Virus record (IMG/VR): IMGVR_UViG_3300021142_000021
Span: 18,376 to 82,375 of that record
Length of the DNA: 64,000 bases
Strand: one strand, 5' to 3'
Source of the DNA: a virus
This document shows, piece after piece, positions 21,774 to 32,698 of this stretch (position 1 is its first letter; each line of letters begins with the position of its first letter). Under the pieces are notes generated by a model, which saw only the letters and a program-made list of their open reading frames with translations, was not told where the DNA came from and searched no databases. The translations under genes and the position numbers were made by a program.

Positions 21774-22672
21774 GCCGCGGAGTATTAATGTTCGCACACA
21801 ACAATACTGAAATTGATTATTTCAAAATTGCTTGTGCTAATGCGTTAATGGTTAAGAAAAATCTTAATGTACCTGTTACGCTGATAACTGATTCAGGCAC
21901 TGCAGATTGGGGTAAGTCAGCTTTAGGTAAAGATTTTGTAGATAGTTGTTTCGATAACATCATTGAAGTAAATAGAGACTGGATGTTTAAAAATACACGA
22001 AATTTTTCTGATACGTCATATTCTACAAAATCTCTACAGTTTTATAATTGCGGTCACGGTGCAGCCTATGAGTTATCACCGTATGATGAGACTCTACTTA
22101 TTGATAGTGATTATCTAATTATGAGTTCAGCTCTAAGTAAATGTTGGGACAGTAAATACGATGTAATGATTAATCATAAAATATTTTCACCTCTTGATGC
22201 GAAACCATATACACAAAATGTAGATGAACTAAGTATTACTCTTTATTGGGCAACTGTGATTTATTTTAGAAGATCCGATCTTGCCAGACATCTGTTTTCT
22301 CTGGTAGAAGATATTCAACTAAATTACGGATATTATAGAGATCTATACTGTTTTTCGAGCAGCATGTTTAGAAATGATACAGCATTTAGTATAGCAATAC
22401 ATATGCTAAACGGATTCAACAGCGAAGAACCTATCATAAGTGAATTACCTATTGTAGGATTGTTAATGTCCTGGGATAGAGATGATATTTATTGTATTAA
22501 TGATATAAATGATATTACTCTCTATACTGAAAAAGTTAAACAATCAGGAACATATATTTTAACAAGATTAAAAGATACAGATGTCCATATTATGAATAAA
22601 TGGGCAATAAGTCGCCACATAGATCGTATAATCGAATTATATAAGGAAATCACATGTCAAGAGGCTACTTAA
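21770..22672 (+). CDS. GT-A fold glycosyltransferase (GT8-like)
   Basis: SPYDETLLIDSD (DxD), FRNDTAFSIA. Confidence 0.7.
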   Translation: MSRGVLMFAHNNTEIDYFKIACANALMVKKNLNVPVTLITDSGTADWGKSALGKDFVDSCFDNIIEVNRDWMFKNTRNFSDTSYSTKSLQFYNCGHGAAYELSPYDETLLIDSDYLIMSSALSKCWDSKYDVMINHKIFSPLDAKPYTQNVDELSITLYWATVIYFRRSDLARHLFSLVEDIQLNYGYYRDLYCFSSSMFRNDTAFSIAIHMLNGFNSEEPIISELPIVGLLMSWDRDDIYCINDINDITLYTEKVKQSGTYILTRLKDTDVHIMNKWAISRHIDRIIELYKEITCQEAT

Positions 22673-23505
22673 TTCTCTCTCAAAGTACAAAGAAGGATAA
22701 TTATACTAGATTAGCATATGCACTAGCATTAAGTATTAGAAATTCTCAAAGTACCGAAAGTAATGTGGCATTAGCCACTACTGACGTCAATCTTCCAGAT
22801 AAGTATCTCGAAGTTTTTGATCACGTAATAGATATACCGTGGACAGATCAGGCTGAGTATTCTAAGTGGAAAATTGAGAATAAATGGAAATATTATTACA
22901 TGTCTCCTTTTGATGAAACAATTATTTTGGATGCTGATATGTTATTTCCGACTGATATCAGCCATTGGTGGGATACTCTATCTAAGAAAGACATATGGAT
23001 TACAGATAAACCTAGAACATTTCGCGGCGAAGTAATCACATCAAATAGATATAGACAGTCATTTGTTTCAAATGAATTACCGAATGTACATACAGCATTT
23101 ATGTATTTTAAGAAATCAGAAATTGCGGCGGAATTATTTAAAATGGTAGAATTAATTTTTGAAAATTGGGAAAGATTCTTCTATAATTATATGGACGAAA
23201 CTCGTCCAAAATATCTATCAGGTGATGTTGCTTACGCATTAGCAATTAAAATATTAGGAATAGAAAAGGAATGTTTCGGTAATTCAGATCTTGTGCCGTC
23301 ATTTGTACACATGAAATCATTTTTACAGAATGTTGATGAAAAATTCTTAACAGACGATTGGACACAACATTTTCCTACGTATTTTGCCGAAGACGGGACA
23401 TTTAAGGTAGGCAATTATCAGCAGACATTACCGTTTCATTATCAAACTAAATCATGGTTAACAGATGAAATGATTGATATCTTAGAAAAGAGGCTCGACA
23501 TATGA
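22654..23505 (+). CDS. GT-A fold glycosyltransferase (GT8-like), paralogue of the previous gene
   Basis: SPFDETIILDADM, FVHMK, PFHY. Confidence 0.75.
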   Translation: MSRGYLILSQSTKKDNYTRLAYALALSIRNSQSTESNVALATTDVNLPDKYLEVFDHVIDIPWTDQAEYSKWKIENKWKYYYMSPFDETIILDADMLFPTDISHWWDTLSKKDIWITDKPRTFRGEVITSNRYRQSFVSNELPNVHTAFMYFKKSEIAAELFKMVELIFENWERFFYNYMDETRPKYLSGDVAYALAIKILGIEKECFGNSDLVPSFVHMKSFLQNVDEKFLTDDWTQHFPTYFAEDGTFKVGNYQQTLPFHYQTKSWLTDEMIDILEKRLDI

Positions 23506-24170
23506 ATACCTTAGTTTTAATGTATGTCTTCTATGATAAGAATGGAGATATCAAGGCAATCACACCGATATTGGATGAAAACTTTTCTATTAACTTTTCA
23601 TCAGCGACTTTTCCATTGGCCGAAGTAGAAATGTTTTTAACAGCACAGAGTAGTACATTTGATTATCAAGTAAAACAAATTGACAAAGTTTCTGGCACAA
23701 CCTATAAGATTGTTAAGAAACAAACTAATGTAACCTATACAAGAACATTAGATTCATATTTAACTAAAGTAGATGATGTTAAACGTCATGAAACTATTCT
23801 TACCATAACAAATATCACAGACGATAGTGTTATATCAGTGGAAATTAATAAAGATTTTAAGGAATTATATATCAAAAACGAATGTTCCGAAGAACAACAA
23901 GAAAGTATTGCTACTTTTTTTACTAGCGGGCCGTCAGTGGTATATCTAACAAAGAAGAATAATCCATATCATTTATTATTCTCTTTTACCTTCACGCCAA
24001 TAGATCTTATTAGAGTGGATAAGTTGTATTTCAACTATACAGGGGATTATACTGATACAAGTACAAGTGTTTATACGAAGAAACTCATAATCGGCTATGG
24101 ATACAAAGAGACTAATAAGAAACAGTTACGTATACAAAAAAGAGGTATAAAATGGCTTTCAGATCGTTAA
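23502..24170 (+). CDS. Hypothetical protein
   Basis: Coupled ORF in operon. Confidence 0.75.
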   Translation: MNTLVLMYVFYDKNGDIKAITPILDENFSINFSSATFPLAEVEMFLTAQSSTFDYQVKQIDKVSGTTYKIVKKQTNVTYTRTLDSYLTKVDDVKRHETILTITNITDDSVISVEINKDFKELYIKNECSEEQQESIATFFTSGPSVVYLTKKNNPYHLLFSFTFTPIDLIRVDKLYFNYTGDYTDTSTSVYTKKLIIGYGYKETNKKQLRIQKRGIKWLSDR

Positions 24171-25156
24171 ATGAATTAGATGTTATTTTTATCAGTTATG
24201 ATGAAGATAATTGTGAAGAAAATTGGGCAGACCTAGAAAGTAAGGTTCCCTGGGCCAAACGAGTACATGGTGTAAAAGGGTCAGACGCTGCACATAAAGC
24301 TGCCGCCAACTTATCAGAGACAGATAGATTTATTTCTGTTGATGCTGATAACATTGTAGATCCGAATTTCTTCGATATGGAATTAGATTTTGATCACCCG
24401 AAGTTATCCGGAAAAGCAGTTAGTTGGGCAGCAGTCAACTTCGTAAATGGATTAGAGTATGGTAATGGTGGGTTGAAATGTTGGCCGAAACAGTACGTAT
24501 TAGATATGCGTACTCATGAGAATGCTGTGAGTGAAGATGAAAGAAATCAAGTAGATTTTTGTTGGGAGGGTAGCTATGTGCAGATGGCAAATCAGTACAG
24601 CACTACCTATCCCAATGGTAGTCCACGGCAAGCATTTCGTGCAGGATTTAGAGAAGGCGTTAAGATGAGCTTGGATCAGGGTGGCAAAGTACACCCTGAT
24701 GATTTTAAGAAAAAGATCTGGTGGGGTAATTATAAACGTCTTATCACATGGTGTAGCGTCGGCGCTGATGTAGAAAATGGATTATGGTCTATGTATGGTA
24801 CGCGACTTGGTTGCCAAATGACTAATCTAACTGAATGGAATTACGTAAACGTAAGAGATTTTGACTATCTTAATAATCTTTTCACAGATGAAGTTATGCC
24901 AAAGTTTGCTACAAGATCCGGCCCACACTATGCAGAGAAATGCTATAAGACAGGCTATGTATGGGATAACCAGAAGTTATGGACCGCTATAACTGACTTA
25001 GGAACAGAACTAAGAAAAGGGCTCGGTATGGAACTTGCAGAACTAGACGAATCCCAGAGCAGGTTCTATAAGGCAGCACAATATAATGTTCCACGCATGA
25101 ATAAGATGTTTACTGAAGAGGAACTGTATGAACTTAGAAGGATTAACAATAAATGA
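24152..25156 (+). CDS. Putative glycosyltransferase (GT-A, DxD)
   Basis: FISYDE...HGVKGSDAAHKAAA...FISVDADN...YGNGGLK. Confidence 0.65.
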   Translation: MAFRSLNELDVIFISYDEDNCEENWADLESKVPWAKRVHGVKGSDAAHKAAANLSETDRFISVDADNIVDPNFFDMELDFDHPKLSGKAVSWAAVNFVNGLEYGNGGLKCWPKQYVLDMRTHENAVSEDERNQVDFCWEGSYVQMANQYSTTYPNGSPRQAFRAGFREGVKMSLDQGGKVHPDDFKKKIWWGNYKRLITWCSVGADVENGLWSMYGTRLGCQMTNLTEWNYVNVRDFDYLNNLFTDEVMPKFATRSGPHYAEKCYKTGYVWDNQKLWTAITDLGTELRKGLGMELAELDESQSRFYKAAQYNVPRMNKMFTEEELYELRRINNK

Positions 25157-25743
25157 TTGACTCCCAATTCTTAATACGCTATACTAATGGCTTATATACA
25201 ACGGAATCCAAAGATGCCCCTACATATGAAGAATTTAGAGATATGTTTAGTTCGGGGCAGATCCTAAGTAAGGAATGGCTCATTGATAAACTCAAACAAC
25301 TAAACATTATCTCTGATGAATCTGTTGTTATTGTCGGGGCTTGGTATGGGACACTTGGATTAATGTTAAAGAAACAATTTCCATACATTGCTCTAACAAT
25401 GTTAGATATAGATCCCAGATGTGAAACATATCTAACTAATATTACATATGATCTAGATGTACTATCTATAACCAAGGATATGTATAATTATAAGTACAGG
25501 GAACAGGTCGTAATAAATACTGCCTGTGAACATATACCAAATGTTAGATGGTGGTTAGATAAGTTACCAAAAGGCACTATTGTGATCTTACAATCGAATA
25601 ATTTTACCGAAGGTGAAGATCACATAAATTGTGTACGAAGAATTGAAGAGTTTGAGGCACAAACAGCACTGGCAGAAGTTTTGTTCTCCGGTGAACTAGA
25701 GACACCGATGTATTTTAGGTACATGATTATAGGAAAGACTTAA
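25153..25743 (+). CDS. Class I SAM-dependent methyltransferase
   Basis: VVIVGAWYG...DIDP...INTACEH. Confidence 0.75.
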   Translation: MIDSQFLIRYTNGLYTTESKDAPTYEEFRDMFSSGQILSKEWLIDKLKQLNIISDESVVIVGAWYGTLGLMLKKQFPYIALTMLDIDPRCETYLTNITYDLDVLSITKDMYNYKYREQVVINTACEHIPNVRWWLDKLPKGTIVILQSNNFTEGEDHINCVRRIEEFEAQTALAEVLFSGELETPMYFRYMIIGKT

Positions 25744-25753
25744 AGGTTAGAAA

Positions 25754-26320
25754 ATGATAGATTCCTGGTTTATTATAAATTATACAAATGCATTGTGGTC
25801 ACTACCCCCGGAAAATTCTCCTACATACGAAGAATTTCAACAGATGTTCAGATCACATGAAATTTATAGATATGAATGGGCATTAAATCAGCTAGGTCAG
25901 TTAAGGATTGTTTCGGATGAAACAACTGTACTAGTGGGTGCTGGGTATGGTGTCTCGAGCTTAATGCTACAACGATTCTACAAATATATACCTATAACTT
26001 TACTAGAAACGAATTCCAAGTATGAAGTATTCTTAAATCATCTCATTAAAGTTATACCGCTTTTGAAGACAGAGATAAATGACATTTATACTCGCACTTA
26101 TACGGAACAGATTGTTATAAGTCTATCTTGCGAAAACATAGATGTAAAGAAATGGATAAAAAAATTACCAAAACATACAATTGTGGTCCTACAGACACTA
26201 AATGATTTTGATGAATTTAAAGAACAAACACAGTTATCTGAGACCTTATTCTCGGATACTCTAAAGATAGAAACATCCGTAGGTACAATCACACGCAATA
26301 TGTTAATAGGACGCACATGA
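25754..26320 (+). CDS. Divergent methyltransferase paralogue
   Basis: MIDS.F.I.YTN..., VLVGAGYG, SLSCEN aligned with the previous gene. Confidence 0.65.
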   Translation: MIDSWFIINYTNALWSLPPENSPTYEEFQQMFRSHEIYRYEWALNQLGQLRIVSDETTVLVGAGYGVSSLMLQRFYKYIPITLLETNSKYEVFLNHLIKVIPLLKTEINDIYTRTYTEQIVISLSCENIDVKKWIKKLPKHTIVVLQTLNDFDEFKEQTQLSETLFSDTLKIETSVGTITRNMLIGRT

Positions 26321-27714
26321 AAACACTAACTATCCCAATTCACGCTTTTAGAGATCAACTAAATGCAATAAGCCCGTCCTTTTGCGCTGCAAAGTGGCAG
26401 CAGGTTACTTTGCATCTCCAGACAGGACATACGCATAGTTGTCACCACCCGCGTACACATAAGATTCCATTAGATGAATTATTAGCAAATCCGTCAGCAT
26501 TACATAACACAAACTTTAAGAAGTTGCAAAGAAAGAAGATGCTCGAGGGTGTTCGTCCTAACGAATGCGATTATTGCTGGAGAATAGAAGACGGTCCCGG
26601 TGATGGCCTCAGCGACAGAATTTATAAATCGTCCGATGACTGGGCGATTCCACACATCGACGCAATTAAAGAGATGCCATGGGATAATGATGTTGTCCCT
26701 TCTTACTTAGAGGTATCTTTTAGTAGTGTGTGTAACTTTAAATGCAGTTATTGCACCCCACAGGTTAGTAGTAAATGGATGGAAGAAATTGAGAAATTTG
26801 GACCATATCCTACATCTACGAAGTTTGGCGATATTGAATGGCTAAGACAGAGTGATGCTATGCCTATTCCTCATAAAGATGAAAATCCTTATGTCGACGC
26901 ATTCTGGAAATGGTGGCCAGATATCTATACTAAGTTAGAGCATTTCCGTATCACCGGTGGTGAACCGTTGCTCACAAAGGATACATTTAAGGTATTAGAT
27001 TATGTCATTGATAATCCTAATCCTAATTTACGTCTCTCTATAAACACTAATATGTGTCCACCAGACGGATTATTAGATAAATTTATTGAGAAAATTAAGA
27101 TTATTTGTGGAGAGAAGAAGGTAAAACAACTCAATATTTTTACCAGCGCAGAAGCACATGGTAAGCAGGCAGAGTATATTCGACATGGGTTAGATTACAA
27201 TAAATGGTTATCGAATATTAGAAAAGTATTAAGTGAAGTACCTAACTGTACATTCACGATTATGAGTACCTATAATCTGCTCAGTGTTACCACATACAAA
27301 GAATTTATGAAGGATATTCTGCAAATCAAATTAGATTTTAGCAGATTCGATAGGCCAGATTCACCGATTATTCTTGATGTCCCATATCTACGATATCCAA
27401 CTCATCAGGCAATTTTTGTTATGCCTGAGAAATTCTTACCAATTGTATATGATCAGGTAACCTTTATTCATCAACATATTGAGAATTCATTATGGTTTGG
27501 TACTGCAAGTAAAGGCTTCTATCAATGGGAGGCAGACAAGTTTAAGAGAATTTACGAATTGGTCTGTAAGGTAAAAGACGTAGAAGCAGTTAATCAAAAT
27601 CAGAAAGACTTTATTAAATTTGTTGATGAGCACGATCGTCGACGAGGCACAAATTTCTTAGAAACATTCCCTGAGATGGAAGAAGAATATCGTAAATGGT
27701 CTAAGGCTCTATGA
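26317..27714 (+). CDS. Radical SAM protein with N-terminal twitch-like Cys cluster
   Basis: CNFKCSYC, ITGGEP, FCAAKW..SCHH..ECDYCW. Confidence 0.9.
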   Translation: MKTLTIPIHAFRDQLNAISPSFCAAKWQQVTLHLQTGHTHSCHHPRTHKIPLDELLANPSALHNTNFKKLQRKKMLEGVRPNECDYCWRIEDGPGDGLSDRIYKSSDDWAIPHIDAIKEMPWDNDVVPSYLEVSFSSVCNFKCSYCTPQVSSKWMEEIEKFGPYPTSTKFGDIEWLRQSDAMPIPHKDENPYVDAFWKWWPDIYTKLEHFRITGGEPLLTKDTFKVLDYVIDNPNPNLRLSINTNMCPPDGLLDKFIEKIKIICGEKKVKQLNIFTSAEAHGKQAEYIRHGLDYNKWLSNIRKVLSEVPNCTFTIMSTYNLLSVTTYKEFMKDILQIKLDFSRFDRPDSPIILDVPYLRYPTHQAIFVMPEKFLPIVYDQVTFIHQHIENSLWFGTASKGFYQWEADKFKRIYELVCKVKDVEAVNQNQKDFIKFVDEHDRRRGTNFLETFPEMEEEYRKWSKAL

Positions 27715-28487
27715 ATTTAGAAGAGAGAATCGCAGTCTGTTTCAGCGGACAATTAAGAACGGGACTAGAAACTGCCCCGTTCTTAAAGAGATTCTTCGGT
27801 GACCTATTACCTAAAATGGACTTCTTTATACATACATGGGATACAGATACCAGCCTAGTTTGGGATCCGAAAACAGGTATGTTTCCCGAACCAGACCTTG
27901 TTGAACATCTGCCCATTGAGGCAGATAAGTTTATTAAGATAAAGGAAATATATAATCCTATCAAAATGGTAGTGGATAATATAAATGCGTATGAGATATC
28001 CTATCATCAAAGAGTAATTAACCGATCTGGATTACCACCCGTATTGCACACAGGGATGTTTCAGAGTCTATATGAGTCAAATTCATACAAGACAGAATAT
28101 GAAATAGAAAATAGTTCCGAATATGGGCTTGTCATACGTATACGATTTGATATATTCTTTGATCCGGGTCACACATTACAAGAAGAACTTGAGTATCTCA
28201 ATGTCGAGCCAAATAGGTTATATGTTTCTGACTTCATGGCGAAATTGCCGAGAAGTGTAGAGGATATCTGCTGGATAGCAAAATCATCTACAATAAATAC
28301 TGTATGTGATTTTAGTCTAGAAAGAGAAACACGAAGCGACATGACTGTCATTGATTGGCAAGATCATCTTAGATACTATCTTTACAAACATGATATATTT
28401 CCTGTAAAATGGAAGAATAACAACCTGTATATCTATAGAACAGCTAATGGCGCATTTAGTCCATTTGATACAAAGGATTTAAAGTGA
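27711..28487 (+). CDS. Putative glycosyltransferase family A, copy 1
   Basis: IAVCFSGQLR...DFFIHTWD...VIRIRFD. Confidence 0.6.
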   Translation: MNLEERIAVCFSGQLRTGLETAPFLKRFFGDLLPKMDFFIHTWDTDTSLVWDPKTGMFPEPDLVEHLPIEADKFIKIKEIYNPIKMVVDNINAYEISYHQRVINRSGLPPVLHTGMFQSLYESNSYKTEYEIENSSEYGLVIRIRFDIFFDPGHTLQEELEYLNVEPNRLYVSDFMAKLPRSVEDICWIAKSSTINTVCDFSLERETRSDMTVIDWQDHLRYYLYKHDIFPVKWKNNNLYIYRTANGAFSPFDTKDLK

Positions 28488-29260
28488 GTAATAGAATAGC
28501 GATATGTTTTAGCGGACAAATTCGAACAGGTGTAATAGCTTCACAGAGTATCTTGCGGTATGTAGGAGATCTATTGTCTGATGTTGATTTCTTTATACAT
28601 ACATGGGATACAGAAACTATCTCTAAGTGGGGTCTGCAAGGACGAGATAAAAACTTGGCTGATAAGCCATTTCCTGTAAATCCTGAAAAATTTATAAAAA
28701 TGGAAGAAATATATCATCCAATAAAAATGCAGATAGATAGTTTCGGAGAATACACGCAGAAAAAACATGATTTACTGAGTTATGCTGGATATAGTGAACA
28801 CCCATTATTTCATAGTGCATACGAATCAAATATGCTCAAGAAGCAATACGAAGATGCAAACAATTTCAAATATAAATTAGTAATAAAAATGAGACCCGAT
28901 ATGGTAATGAATTCTCGTCTAAGACTAGAAGATGAAGTTCACTATGTATGCGATCACCGTAAAACAGATGTATTCTATGTTAATGATCAATGGAATAAGT
29001 GTCCCGAGTCTATAGAAGATATATGTTGGATGTCATCTTCAGATACTATGGATATAGCATGTGATTATATACGCGAAAGAGAAATTAATAATTCATATAG
29101 AGATATTGATTGGCAAACACACCATAGTATATATCTTAAAGAACACAACATACTCTCTAGACCGTTTAAATATAACGAACTATATATCTATAGAGATTAT
29201 CACGTCGAAGCTGGAATTAGTCCATTAGATACAATTTCAATTAAATCATTTACAAATTAA
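28484..29260 (+). CDS. Putative glycosyltransferase family A, copy 2
   Basis: IAICFSGQIR...IHTWD...KMRPD; GTG start. Confidence 0.6.
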   Translation: MSNRIAICFSGQIRTGVIASQSILRYVGDLLSDVDFFIHTWDTETISKWGLQGRDKNLADKPFPVNPEKFIKMEEIYHPIKMQIDSFGEYTQKKHDLLSYAGYSEHPLFHSAYESNMLKKQYEDANNFKYKLVIKMRPDMVMNSRLRLEDEVHYVCDHRKTDVFYVNDQWNKCPESIEDICWMSSSDTMDIACDYIREREINNSYRDIDWQTHHSIYLKEHNILSRPFKYNELYIYRDYHVEAGISPLDTISIKSFTN

Positions 29261-29268
29261 TAAATATT

Positions 29269-30114
29269 ATGAAAAGAATAGCAATATGTTTTAGTGGGCA
29301 ACCACGTACCTGGGAGAAGTGTAGTGATACATGGGATTTACTCTTCCATAAAATAGAAGAGAAATTTAATGCAGAAGTAGATATCTTTTGTCAAGCATGG
29401 GACTTTAATACATCATCACACGTAGTTGTGATCAACAAACCTGTAAATTTTCTACATTATACAGGTGTTGCTATATCTGAAGAAGAGAAGAAGAGACTAG
29501 TGAATGTAATGCAACCGAAAGATTTTATATTTGAAAATGAAACTGCTAGTTTATCATCTGTTTATCAGACACTAAACAGAAATAGAAATCAAATCATGCA
29601 GCACGGTGCAAGTGTAATTCCGTGGGCATCTAGTCAATTCTATGCTATAATGCGTAGTGCCCACCTTAAGAAAAAATATGAATTTGAACACGGATTTAAG
29701 TATGATATGTGTTTACGTATGAGATATGATCTTTTCTTCGATGAAGGTCAATTAGGATGTCTTCTAGGACACGATCTTGAGATGCCAGAATATAATACTC
29801 TTTATTCGTGTCATACTTCTCATGATGAACACACATTTCCTTATGTAAGATTGGGAGATGTTTTTTGGTATTCCGACAGCGTAACATTTGATAGAATATG
29901 TGATTTCTATAGATGGTATCCTGTTATTGGAAAGAAGAGTTTCCCTCATTCATCTGTCGGTACCGAACATACTCTTTATTTCTATGCAAAAATGTTGAAT
30001 ATGACTATAAGTCCTATATTAGTAGATCCGAAAATATTTAGAGAAGCGAGTTATCTAGATAAAAAAATTGAAGCTGGACTCACAGGAGGATTAGGTAATC
30101 ATGAACTCATCTAA
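29269..30114 (+). CDS. Putative glycosyltransferase family A, copy 3
   Basis: IAICFSGQPR...QAWD...RMRYD. Confidence 0.6.
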   Translation: MKRIAICFSGQPRTWEKCSDTWDLLFHKIEEKFNAEVDIFCQAWDFNTSSHVVVINKPVNFLHYTGVAISEEEKKRLVNVMQPKDFIFENETASLSSVYQTLNRNRNQIMQHGASVIPWASSQFYAIMRSAHLKKKYEFEHGFKYDMCLRMRYDLFFDEGQLGCLLGHDLEMPEYNTLYSCHTSHDEHTFPYVRLGDVFWYSDSVTFDRICDFYRWYPVIGKKSFPHSSVGTEHTLYFYAKMLNMTISPILVDPKIFREASYLDKKIEAGLTGGLGNHELI

Positions 30115-30961
30115 CTTAGAAGATCTCTTCCCGAGATCAAACACGTTTCGGATTGCTGTGTGTCTTAGTGGAGAACTTAGACACTGGAGAACAGCGGTGG
30201 CGAATATAAAGCAATTTTTCGAGTTTCCAGAATCTCAAAGATATATAAATGGAAATCAAAATCTGCCTATTACGACAGATTACTTTATACATACGTGGGA
30301 TACTAATACATGGCGATATTATAAGATGGAACATGTACATTTTAAGATTGAACCACATAGTGATAAGAGTGATGTATATGCGGCATATAATCCTAAGGGA
30401 ATGATTCAAGAACCGTGGGAGCAGCCTAGGTTTAAAAGAGCATGGGATTCTATGTTCTATAGTCATGCAAGAAGCGTAATGCTAAAAAGAGAGTACGAAT
30501 TAGAAAATAATTTTCAATATGATATGGTTGTTAAAAGCAGGTTCGATACTGTTTATAATCCGAGACATAAAATTCCATTAGATCTAATGACTACCAAAAT
30601 GTGTTATTCTCCACATGTTAGTTTAATGCCATTAGAATTTAATTATAACAACTTCGATGATGTCGTGTTTTATGGTGATAGTCCTACTATGGATTTAGTG
30701 GCTGATTTATATCATACGTATAAAATACTGCATTCACCAGAGAAATTACAAAAGGGATTAGAAACCAATGATGTAGATCCTTCAATGTACTACGGACCCG
30801 GATGTTTATTATATAATCATATGATAAGGTTAGGAATACATCCAGAACGACATCATACCTTTGACTACGCAATAGTTAGGTCGACTGCCGCTGAATTAAA
30901 CTTAGATGGAATTAAAGATTATGACGAAATTAGAAAAAAATGGTTTGATTGGTACATCTAG
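30101..30961 (+). CDS. Putative glycosyltransferase family A, copy 4
   Basis: IAVCLSGELR...IHTWD...KSRFD. Confidence 0.6.
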   Translation: MNSSNLEDLFPRSNTFRIAVCLSGELRHWRTAVANIKQFFEFPESQRYINGNQNLPITTDYFIHTWDTNTWRYYKMEHVHFKIEPHSDKSDVYAAYNPKGMIQEPWEQPRFKRAWDSMFYSHARSVMLKREYELENNFQYDMVVKSRFDTVYNPRHKIPLDLMTTKMCYSPHVSLMPLEFNYNNFDDVVFYGDSPTMDLVADLYHTYKILHSPEKLQKGLETNDVDPSMYYGPGCLLYNHMIRLGIHPERHHTFDYAIVRSTAAELNLDGIKDYDEIRKKWFDWYI

Positions 30962-31844
30962 GTTGCAGATCATCTGCGATGGAGATAGTTGGGTATTCGG
31001 TTGTGAGATTGCAGACCCGGAATTAGCTAAGAAATATTCAGCTGATACACACCCGGGTGCCTATGATTTTCTACCAGAGAATGATTGGTATCGCATACCA
31101 AAAATATTTCCTACGCATCTATCTAATCTATTAGATGCAGAAGTAATTAATCTATCCTGGCCAGCAGATGATAATGCAACCATTTTAAATCGGACAGTTG
31201 ATTTTATAACTAATACTTATATAGCAAGAGGTATATCCACTGATAATCTATTAGTAGTTATAGGATGGAGTAGTCCAGAGCGAAATTCATTCTGGTATAA
31301 AGACGATAATCTATCTCGACCGTTTAGACTATGGCCACAGGTTCCTAATTTTGATGTTCCTGCACAAGAAGAAATTTGGAAAACATATGTAACCTATCTC
31401 TGGAATGCTGAAGAGTATATACCGAGATATGTGCGTAATGTTATATATCTTCAGAATTTTTGTAAGGCACATAACATAAAATGGATGTGTTTCAACAGTT
31501 TTTATCAAACACCAAAGAAAACAATATCCGATTGGAAAGATTTAGATATCGCTGCAGAACTTGATTCTATAAAAGAAACAATGAAGCACCCGTATCATTT
31601 CAACTCTACAAGAGACGGTTTGACAAAATATAATGCCGTACTAGATTATAAGGCATTGTGGGATACAGTGGATCCTATTAGATTTTATAAGAAAGATATA
31701 CCTAATAACACATTCAAGTCATTTATAGAAAATCCTGATAGAAATATAAATCCTGTATTTACAGGATGGCATCCTAGTCCGGAAGCACACAAGGCATGGG
31801 CACAGGAATTAGCAACTTATATAAGAGACAATAATATAATATGA
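30921..31844 (+). CDS. SGNH/GDSL-like protein, copy 1
   Basis: GDSW...IGWS...WHPSPEAH; start uncertain. Confidence 0.6.
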   Translation: MTKLEKNGLIGTSRLQIICDGDSWVFGCEIADPELAKKYSADTHPGAYDFLPENDWYRIPKIFPTHLSNLLDAEVINLSWPADDNATILNRTVDFITNTYIARGISTDNLLVVIGWSSPERNSFWYKDDNLSRPFRLWPQVPNFDVPAQEEIWKTYVTYLWNAEEYIPRYVRNVIYLQNFCKAHNIKWMCFNSFYQTPKKTISDWKDLDIAAELDSIKETMKHPYHFNSTRDGLTKYNAVLDYKALWDTVDPIRFYKKDIPNNTFKSFIENPDRNINPVFTGWHPSPEAHKAWAQELATYIRDNNII

Positions 31845-32698
31845 TCGATACCTTGTATACAAACGGGTGCAGCTGGACATCAGGTAATGAATTAGAGTGC
31901 GACATGGCATATCAGGATTACTTAATAGAACATGAACTAAGACATAGTCCAGTGGATAAGTGGGTTCTAATAGATAAAAATAATAAACCTGCAGGTCATG
32001 TCAATGATTACTGGTGTAAATTTAATTGGCCAGGAAAATTATCAGAGAAACTTGCTATACCTACCTTAATAGATCAATCAGTTGGTGGCGGCAGTAATTC
32101 TAGAATATTAAGACAGACATGTGAATTTATTAAAAACTATCCTATTCCTGCTAGAGAAAATCTTCTTCTTGTTATCGGTTGGACAATATCTGATAGGCAG
32201 GAATTATATTTAGATAATGGACAAGGATATGCAGACTGGGTCCAGTTTAATTCTAGCACTCAGTTTAGCAAATCAATACACAGAGAATTTTCGAAAGATA
32301 AAGACTTTGCAAATAGTATAGATCAGTTTCAGAAAAATTACATAACAAGTATTGATACTGAATACGCACAATTATACCAATATTTTCAACAAATATATCT
32401 GCTATCGAGTCTGCTATCGAGTCTTAATATAAAGTACCTGTTCTTCAATGCATTAACTGCCTGGTGGGAAGCAGGTAGCGGAAAGTACATATTAAATGTA
32501 GACGAAGTTTTCAAGAAGGAATTAGCATGGCAAAATAGTCATCCTAATATGATGCATCATAATAGAGGTTCGATGCACTCATTTGTTCACCGGAACGCCT
32601 TTCCACGCGGCCCGGATAAACATCCACTAGCATTAGCACATGATTTATGGGCAGAATATATTCTAACTCAATTAAAACAAAGAGGTATAGTTCAGTGA
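31841..32698 (+). CDS. SGNH/GDSL-like protein, copy 2
   Basis: NGCSW...GGSNSRI...KHPLALAH. Confidence 0.6.
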   Translation: MIDTLYTNGCSWTSGNELECDMAYQDYLIEHELRHSPVDKWVLIDKNNKPAGHVNDYWCKFNWPGKLSEKLAIPTLIDQSVGGGSNSRILRQTCEFIKNYPIPARENLLLVIGWTISDRQELYLDNGQGYADWVQFNSSTQFSKSIHREFSKDKDFANSIDQFQKNYITSIDTEYAQLYQYFQQIYLLSSLLSSLNIKYLFFNALTAWWEAGSGKYILNVDEVFKKELAWQNSHPNMMHHNRGSMHSFVHRNAFPRGPDKHPLALAHDLWAEYILTQLKQRGIVQ